The position numbers and the translations under genes are program-made. A stretch of 64,000 nt of DNA from Octopus vulgaris (lineage: Eukaryota), in NCBI GenBank assembly GCA_951406725.2, contig OX597825.1, positions 70,370,001 to 70,434,000 of the forward strand, read 5' to 3'. The notes beneath the pieces were generated by a model, which saw only the letters and a list, made by a program, of their open reading frames with translations, was not told the origin of the DNA and ran no database searches. This document shows positions 55,641-64,000 of the stretch, one piece after another; positions within the stretch are counted from its first letter, which is position 1; each line of letters starts with the position of its first letter.

Positions 55641-55738
55641 ATTATTATTATTATTATTATTATCATTATTATTATTATTATTATTTATTATTATTATTTA
55701 TTATTATTTATTATTATTATTTATTATTATTATTATTA

Positions 55739-55781
<43 letters not shown>

Positions 55782-56061
55782 CATTATTATTATTATTATT
55801 TATTATTATTATTTATTATTATTTATTATTATCATTATTATTATTATCATTATTATTTATCATTATTTATTATTATTATTTTTTTTTTTATCATTATTAT
55901 TATTATCATTATTATTTATTATTATTATTATCATTATTATTATTATTATTATTATCATTATTATTATATTATTATTATTATTATCATTATTATTATTATT
56001 ATTATTATCATTATTATTATTATTATCATTATTATTATTATTATCATTATTATTATTATTA

Positions 56062-56125
<64 letters not shown>

Positions 56126-56174
56126 CATCATTATTATTATTATTATTATCATCATTATTATTATTATTATTATC

Positions 56175-56236
<62 letters not shown>

Positions 56237-56241
56237 TATTA

Positions 56242-56280
<39 letters not shown>
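55641..56280. repeat. ~640-bp (TAT/CAT)n microsatellite just upstream of the GPCR splice acceptor
   Basis: Direct inspection. Confidence 0.95.
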
Positions 56281-56283
<3 letters not shown>

Positions 56284-56309
56284 ATGACCTTTCTTTTGGT
56301 ATATTTCAG

Positions 56310-56734
56310 GACAGAAAACTACATTAACAGTTCTACTACATTGGCACCGGGTCCTAGTGCGGAAGCAGTACGCGAGGGCATCGTACTCATCATTATCTGT
56401 TTGTTTGCGTTTTTCGGCAATACTTTGTTATGTACGGTAATACTGAGGACACGTTCATTAAGAAACAGCTCAACGTATTTGATCCTTTGTCTTTCTATAT
56501 CGGACATCGTAGTCACTGTGGTGAATATGCCATTGACCATTTACTCTATATTTAAAGGAACTTGGCCGTTCACAAACGATGATTGTATTGCGGTCGGCTA
56601 CATAAATATGGTCAGTTTTATTGCTAGTGTCATGTCGCTCACTGCCATAAGTCTGAACCGTTATTTTAGAATATGTCGTTCCCTGCACTTCAAATCAATG
56701 TTTACTTTCAAGAAGACAATGATGATGGCATTTG
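56310..56734 (+). CDS. Internal exon of a class A (rhodopsin-like) GPCR, TM1 to the start of TM4; melatonin-receptor-like
   Basis: Acceptor tttcag at 56304-56309 and donor G|gtaagt at 56735. Encodes an N-glycosylation site (NSS), TM1 FGN, TM2 LSISD..NMP, ECL1 WPF..C and TM3 SLTAISLNRYFRIC. NRY instead of DRY is typical of melatonin receptors. Confidence 0.9.
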
Positions 56735-56789
56735 GTAAGTGTTTTTTTTAACTTTCTTTTCTAACCTTCATTATTTAACTCTCTATTAA

Positions 56790-57205
56790 GGGCGGCGAGC
56801 TGTCAGAAACGTTAGCACGCCGGGCGAAATGCTTTGCGGTATTTCGTCTGCCGCTACGTTCTGAGTTCAAATTCCGCCGAGGTCGACTTTGCCTTTCATC
56901 CTTTCGGGGTCGGTTAAATAAGTACCAGTTATGCACTGGGGTCGATATAATCGACTTAATCCGTTTGTCTGCCCTTGTTTGTCCTCTCTGTGTTTAGCCC
57001 CTTGTGGGTAGTAAAGAAATAGGTATTTCGTCTGCCGCTACGTTGATTTCAAATTCCGCCGAGGTCGACTTTGCCTTTTATCCTTTCGGGGTCGATTAAA
57101 TAAGTACTAGTTACGTACTGGGGTCGATATAATCGACTTAACCCGTCTATCTGTCCTTGTTTGTCCCCTCTGTATTTAGGCCCTTGTAGGCAATAAAGAA
57201 ATCTC
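56790..57205 (+). mobile_element. Family B SINE tandem dimer in the GPCR intron
   Basis: GGCGGCGAGCTG head; junction GTAGTAAAGAAATAGGTATTTCGTCTG. Confidence 0.9.
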
Positions 57206-57867
57206 GGCAGAATTTGAACTCAGAACGTAAAACCAGAAGAAATGCCGCTAAGTCTAGCGTGCTAACAATTCTGCCAGCTCAATGACTTACGATTCTGTCT
57301 GCTTCGCTTCTGATTTAGGCACAAGGCCAGTAATTTTTAGTGTAACGGAGGTAGTCAATATCATCATCGACCCAGAAACAATGAAAGGCAAGGTCGACGT
57401 TAGCAACATTTGAAATCAGAACGTAAAGTGCCGGAAAAATGCTGCCTAAGCAGTTTGTCCAATGCTCTAACGATTCTCTCAGAAGGAAGAGGAAGCAAAA
57501 AAGACTGGTTGTCAATCTATGAAGAACATTCTGTTTCTAGATTCCAATAACTTGAATTAGCGATGCTCTTTTGTACGTTTCGTTGTACCGAACATTTACG
57601 GAGAGTTCCAGAACTCCAATTTGTTCTTCTGGTTGTGGTCGTTGTTCCTGTCTCCATGGCATCGTAAAAACTAATTACTGTTGATAACATGAATTTTGAT
57701 AAATTGAAATTTGAGGATTTGGATCCGTTTAAAATGTCCTTTGATTGGATGGTTGTGTGTGTGTATGAATGTATGTAGTATGTATGTATATATTTATGTA
57801 TTACCCTCTCTCTTTTATATACATATATATATAATATATATAATATATATGTGTGTGTGTGTGTTCT

Positions 57868-57928
<61 letters not shown>

Positions 57929-58716
57929 TCTTTTATATATATATATGCATATACGTACGGCCGTATGTATGTATATATATATATGTATGTATGCATAAAA
58001 TTTATGTCTTTTGGTCTTTTTCGCGCTGGAAGGTATAACTAGTTATGTTATTCGAAACAGAAAACGTTGTTGTATTTTTCTAAATAAGCTGATTTCATTG
58101 GACCACCCAGTCAACTACACGCACGCGCGCACACCATCACTCACACGCATACACACAAAGAAAAAAAGATATATATACTATCTTGAAGCTGTCATCGAAT
58201 ATGGGATGAAATTTTGTGGGAAAGAAAATCGAGAGAGAAAAAATATAGCGTTGATTATAAGGAAAATGTATTATAGTTTTTTGAAACGCTAATGTTTTTC
58301 CGTTTTTCTTCTTTTTTCAATTTTTTTCCTTCAAAGATTGCTATCACAAGATTAAAAAAAATATGGCGTGTCTAACTTCTTTTGAGATCTTCCCTAAATA
58401 AACACATGTCATTGGTCGTTTCTGTTAAAAAGAGAGTTTTGTCGTCGACGTTTAGGTGTAGTTTGGGCAAAAATATCAAAAGCTCCATAAATGTGTAAAT
58501 AAATAAGATATAGACATTTAGACTATTAAAATACGATGATTTCTCTTGGGTACGTATTAGATATTTTGGGAATATCAAAAAAAAACAAGGAAGTTCTTTA
58601 CTTTGTAAACCGATGGCCTCGGTGTGGGTGCAAACTGTGGTAGTCTTGGTAACGATGTATGTCCAACTTCATGGAAAAATACATGTGTGGTAATCAATCC
58701 TGCAAATGATACTTAG

Positions 58717-58800
<84 letters not shown>

Positions 58801-58924
58801 GCGCGCGCGAAGGAGTGCTGAGAAGTTTCTGGCTTTGGGTAAAAGAAAATACAAGAGGATCACTTAATTATGAATTCATCTAAAACATTCTCCTCTCAGA
58901 TTCACACACTTATTGCAGTGGTTC

Positions 58925-59310
58925 TTCAGTTCGGCAAAACAAACCGATAAAATAAGTACCAGGCTTACAAAGTATAAATCCTGGGGTTGATTTCTTCGAC
59001 TAAAGGCGGTGTGCTCCAGCATGGCCGCAGTCAAATGACTGGAACAAATAACAGAATAAAGCAAAGAATATATATATATATTTCTTTATTGCCCACAAGG
59101 GGCTAAACACAGAGAGGACAAACAAGGACAGACAAACGGATTAAGTCGATTACATCGACCCCAGTGCGTAACTGGTACTTAATTTATCGACCCCGAAAGG
59201 ATGAAAGGCAAAGTCGACCTCAGCGGAATTTGAACTCAGAACGTAACGGCAGACGAAATACGGCTACTCATTTCGCCCGGCGTGTTAACGTTTCTGCCAG
59301 CTCGCCGCCT
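58925..59310. mobile_element. Family A tail (+) and a full family B copy (-)
   Basis: Consensus matches at 58925-59065 and 59080-59310. Confidence 0.85.
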
Positions 59311-60014
59311 TCGAAATATATATATATGTTATATATGTTATATATATATAACATCAACACGAGGCCGGGAGCAAAAATTACCGCGGGCTGTATCATTGGA
59401 CACCCCGACTTTGAGAGGCCGCTTCGATGGCTCATATGCGTACGAAAGAAGTAGAGAGATAATAAAATAAAATATGTGCCACTGTATACCGAGGTTGATT
59501 TAATCGACATATTTCTATGTGCACCAACGTTAGTAATCAGCTATTATGATATTGAGCCACTTCTAATTAGATGAAGTGTTTCTCTTTTTGCGCTGGTAAC
59601 GCCCCTAATCAAAATGATAGTCGGTATCTTAATAAGTAGGTTGTCTACGAACAGAAGATATATATATATATACACGCTGCTTCATTGGACCTTAGTATCT
59701 TTACCACCGGGGTGGGTGTTTTTGTTTATTAATAATTCGGATGAGGCCGCCTACCTACTGCTAGTGTGTCTATAAATAATAATTAAGTCAATTAGATGGT
59801 ATCCGTTTCTAACGAGAAGTAAAGTAAAATATACATTTACTCATTGACCCAGTGCATGTTGAGTCACCCAGTTTATTAAGGTACCTTGTACACGCTTCAA
59901 TTTCTCTTTCTTTTATTTATTTATTTATTGGGGTTTTGTGTGTGTGTGTGTTGAAATATTTATGCAAGAAACAACGACCAAAGCAGCAGCAACAACGACC
60001 ACATTAACAGCAGT

Positions 60015-60215
60015 GGAGGCGCAATGGCCCAGTGGTTAGGGCAGCGGATTCGCGGTCGGAGGATCGCGGTTTCGATTCCCAGACTGGGCGTTGTGTGTGT
60101 TTATTGAGCAAAAACACCTAAAGCTCCACGAGGCTCCGGCAGGCTGTGGTGGCGACCCCTGTTGTACTCTTTCGCTCCAACTTTCTCTCAATCTTTCTTC
60201 CTGTTTCTTGTCCCC
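60015..60215 (+). mobile_element. SINE family C, 5' part
   Basis: GGAGGCGCAATGGCCCAGTGGTTAGGGCAGCGG..GGTTTCGATTCCC with A and B boxes. Confidence 0.85.
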
Positions 60216-61498
60216 GACTTCCTACGCAACCGCTGAGCCTGGATGCGCATTCATCCATCCGGCGATGCTCTCTCAGATTCTCCCAGCTCAGAACCACGAC
60301 CTGCTATATCAGCATAAAAGGAAAAGTGTCGCCATAAAAGGCATTAACGCCTACGTGAATATAGTTCGACTTGTTCAAAGGAAATGTGCAAGCTTTTCCG
60401 CCAAACAGTTTGTCAAAGATTCTAGAAAATGAGGCTTACAGTTATAAAAAGTTGATAAATTCAACTTCAAGCCAGAGTCGCTTAGCCGTCTTGGCGAATT
60501 TATGTCACTTTACACAGCGAGCTGGTGTCTCACCTTCTTTTACTTTTTCTTATTTAACTGACTTATGCCATAGTCGACAAAAAGCACTAACCATAAATTG
60601 GAGTGTCGAGTAACGCACATTAACTATATCCGGTGATTTAAATTCTTTCTACACATTTTGTTTTCAATGTCTATGCACTACTTTCATAACATTGTCTAGC
60701 CTCTGCCGTATTACACAACACACCCAGTTAATATGTTCGTTGTCACATGAGCATTGCTACATTCAACTTATTTATACTTACACATGTAAATATAAAAGAT
60801 GCAGGTTAACAAAATATTTGAAAATTCAAATAAAATTTAGAGTGGCCATTTTTGTCTTCATATGCAACCTTCCTAACACTGCGTACTACCAACGAAGATT
60901 ATATGACTAACCACCAAACAAAAATGGTATATTTTAGATAGATTTTAAACAAACAGATTTTAAACAATTTTCCGAAATTTTATATCTACTCTCATTTTTC
61001 CCGACCGCAGACCATCAATATATTCCAGATTTTACTCTGTTTTAATATTATTTAAATGAAGCAATATCATATTGCACAATGTTTTTAAACACAATAAGTT
61101 GTTGTTGTTTTTTTAAATTGTAGCTCAACAAAACGGTTGCTAAAGTGTTGACAGCACAACATGCTGTATGTGTGTGTGTGTGTGTTAATGGTTGTTATAG
61201 CTATATGTAACGGCCAACCATTAGTTTCACAATCACTCAATACGTTTCTATAGAGTATACACATTTGTTTTGTTTTATTTTATTTTATTTTTATATTTTT
61301 ACATACTAATGCCAACTTTAAAGGTCAGCTATCGTTCATACTTAAATCTAAGTTAATAAATACCACATTCTCGCTCTTGGTGTCGGTATTTTAAAATGGT
61401 GTCCACTTTCTAACACTGCATAGAAGCACACGCACGTACATACAAACACACACATACATACATACATACATACACACATATGCATGTGCATGTCTGTG

Positions 61499-61529
<31 letters not shown>

Positions 61530-61534
<5 letters not shown>

Positions 61535-61810
61535 CACTATTAAATCTCAGAATGAGATGTAAACAGTAATCGCTCGATAATGTAAAGTATAGAAGCCATC
61601 TTAATATGGCTAACCACAAAGGAGAGGGGGTGTTACTGTAGCTCTATAGCCCCAGGAGATCATCGTCTCCAGCTGGCTTTAGACACCATTTCAGTGCCCT
61701 TGAAGTATTTGCAAAGGGAGGCCATCCCTTTCTCGCAAGCCTGAGTGATACGCACAGACTAGTTTCGGGATTATTGTCCCTTATCAACGGGCGGTAACCA
61801 CCAGGTCGCG
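61530..61810 (-). mobile_element. Penelope-like pLTR fragment related to 18415-18640
   Basis: Shared blocks GGGGGTGTTACTG..TAGCCCCAGG.GATCATC..TGCAAAGGGAG; abuts (TA)n. Confidence 0.7.
61751..61793 (-). ncRNA. Type I hammerhead ribozyme with a U3-A8 core
   Basis: Stem I CGCCCG/UGUGCG; core UUGAUAA; stem II GGGA-CAAUAA-UCCC; GAA; palindromic stem III ACUAGU. GUC cleavage predicted between 61757 and 61756. Confidence 0.75.
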
Positions 61811-62329
61811 ATGAAAGACAAGGCGTGATAAGTGGAAAGACAGTCTGCAATTTCATTTACTCTCCCTCCCTCTTTCTCATTCTCATCCACTCCCTCACAC
61901 TCTCCTTCCCTCGCTGTCACTCTCACACCACCGCTCCCTCTCTCTAACCAAATGAAGCGTAACGTATGTAGGAACGAGCAAGCAGAATTATAATATATAT
62001 ATATATATACACGCGCGTATTTGTATGTGTGTGTGTATACTTTATCACACACACACACATTTTGACTTTTTACTTGTTTCAGTCATTAAGTTGCAGCCAG
62101 GCTGCAGCACCGCCTTCAAGAGATTTTTGTCGAACAAAGTACGTATTTCTTTTCTTTAGCCAGGTTCTTATTTTATCGGTTTCTTTTGCCGAACCACACA
62201 GCTACGCCTGTGCCTTCACACACACACACACACACACACGGACGGACGGACGGACAGACAGACAGACAGACAGATAGATAGATATATGTAAACAGACAGA
62301 GATAGACTAGTAGACAGACACACAAACAC

Positions 62330-62392
<63 letters not shown>

Positions 62393-62926
62393 TGTTTCTT
62401 TATTAGCAACACAGGGCTGAACACAGAGGGGACAAATTACAAAGTAGAGCTTTTCTTTTGGGGAGGAGAAAAGAAAAATAGATAGATAGATAGACACATA
62501 CATACACACATACATACACACATACATACATACAAACATACATACATACATACATACATACATAGACTGATAGATAGATATAGTGGATTGTTGTATATAT
62601 ACTCTTAGTGCCTGCGTAAATGTATGTACGTGTGTATATATGTCTGTGCGTTTGTGTGTCCGTGTGCGTGTGTGTGTGTTCATGTGTGCCTATATTTACA
62701 TTTGGCCATTAAACTTATTTTTGACTGAGACTTCAAGTTTTGCTTTACGTATTCTTAAATTTCAAATCCCAGTGAAACATGATTTTACAGTATGTTTGTC
62801 TGTGTTATAAGTACTCAGTGACTCCATCAGTAAATGCTTTGTGTATATACTTAAATTTCGATTAAACTAACAAAACAAGAATTAACATCTATCTATCCAT
62901 CCATCCATCCATCCATCCATCCATCC

Positions 62927-62988
<62 letters not shown>

Positions 62989-63434
62989 TTATCTCGCTAT
63001 CCATCTTGCTATTTATCTATCTATTTATCTAAATAATATACGTGTGTTTACAATCGTGTGTGTGCGTCTCTCTCTCAAATACAACAAACTACTCCATATC
63101 CTTTCAAAATGGCTGACGACTAGCATCACACTTGAAACTCAAGAGTACCAACGAATTTGAATCAAACTGTTTTGATCCATACATGTAACTCCCCATGAAT
63201 TGGTTGAGTGCCCTTCTTTCATTTGTCTCTCTTTCCCTCTCCTCTTTCGGTTCCTCTCTCTTCCTTTCTCTAATTCTGTTTATCTCTCCTTCTCCCCCTT
63301 TGGTTTTTTTCTCTCTCATCCCGTCTCTAATTCTTTTCCTCTCCCCTTCGCCGTTCTCTGCCTGTCCCTCTCTCTCTCCCTCACTTTTCCACCTTTGCTC
63401 ACCCGTTGCTCGCACGTAACCATCGACCATCTTT

Positions 63435-63780
63435 CTTATGAACCGCATGGTTCCGGGTTCATTCCCACTGCATGGCACCTTGGGCAAGTGTCTTCTACTA
63501 TAGCCTCGGAGTGGATTTAGTAGACGGAAACTGAAAGAAGCCCGTCGTATATATGTATGTGTGTGTATATGTTTGTGTGTCTGTGTTTATCCCCACAACA
63601 TCGCTTGACAACCGATGCTGGTGTGTTTACGTCCCCGAACTTAGCGGTTTGGCAAAAGACTCCGATAGAATAAGCACTAAACTTATAAAAAATAAGTCCT
63701 GGGGCCGATTTGCTTGACTAAAGGCGGTGCTCCAGCATGACCACAGTCAAATGACTGAAACAAGTAAAAGTGTAAAAGAA
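63435..63780 (+). mobile_element. SINE family A, near full length
   Basis: Matches the family A consensus. Confidence 0.88.
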
Positions 63781-63784
63781 TATG

Positions 63785-63823
<39 letters not shown>

Positions 63824-63843
63824 CATATATATATATATAAATC

Positions 63844-63874
<31 letters not shown>

Positions 63875-64000
63875 TGTATGTATGTATGTATATGCGCGTA
63901 TGTGCGGTTTTGTTTGTGTAGATATAAGGATACATATACCATGCACATGTAATTAAATCCGATACAGTTTTGTTAAGTTTTACTAACAACATATTTTTAC

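Noticed and set aside
57517-57720. Possible next GPCR exon or minus-strand exon
   Set aside because: The phase-1 frame after tttctag stops immediately and has no TM4 tryptophan motif; the minus peptide is unrecognisable. No downstream GPCR exon was found in the window.
59735-59770. CGGATGAGGCC hammerhead-like half
   Set aside because: No matching stem II 3' strand or GAAA.
60015-60090. tRNA-like sequence (also SINE A and B heads)
   Set aside because: It does not form a complete cloverleaf and continues into a SINE body.

Overview
AT-rich, microsatellite- and SINE-dense animal genomic DNA. The three tRNA-derived SINE families resemble Octopus/cephalopod SINEs (inference, not database-checked). 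The only convincing host coding sequence is one internal exon (56310-56734, +) of a class A GPCR with an NRY motif (melatonin-receptor-like). There is also an initiator tRNA-Met gene or pseudogene (9215-9286). The rest is repeats: a decayed R4/Dong-type RLE retrotransposon, RTE and Tc1 remnants, hAT/Tigger/Merlin-like MITEs, a non-autonomous Helitron and dozens of SINEs. The most striking signal is a set of about ten minimal type I hammerhead ribozyme motifs from several unrelated short repeats, folded by eye. Most sit in (TA)n tracts, often inside inverted or tandem duplications like Penelope-like pseudo-LTRs. They have palindromic stem III sequences, and their cores covary at the 3-8 tertiary pair (C-G, G-C, U-A, U.G). 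Repeat boundaries are approximate unless a TSD or TIR is cited.
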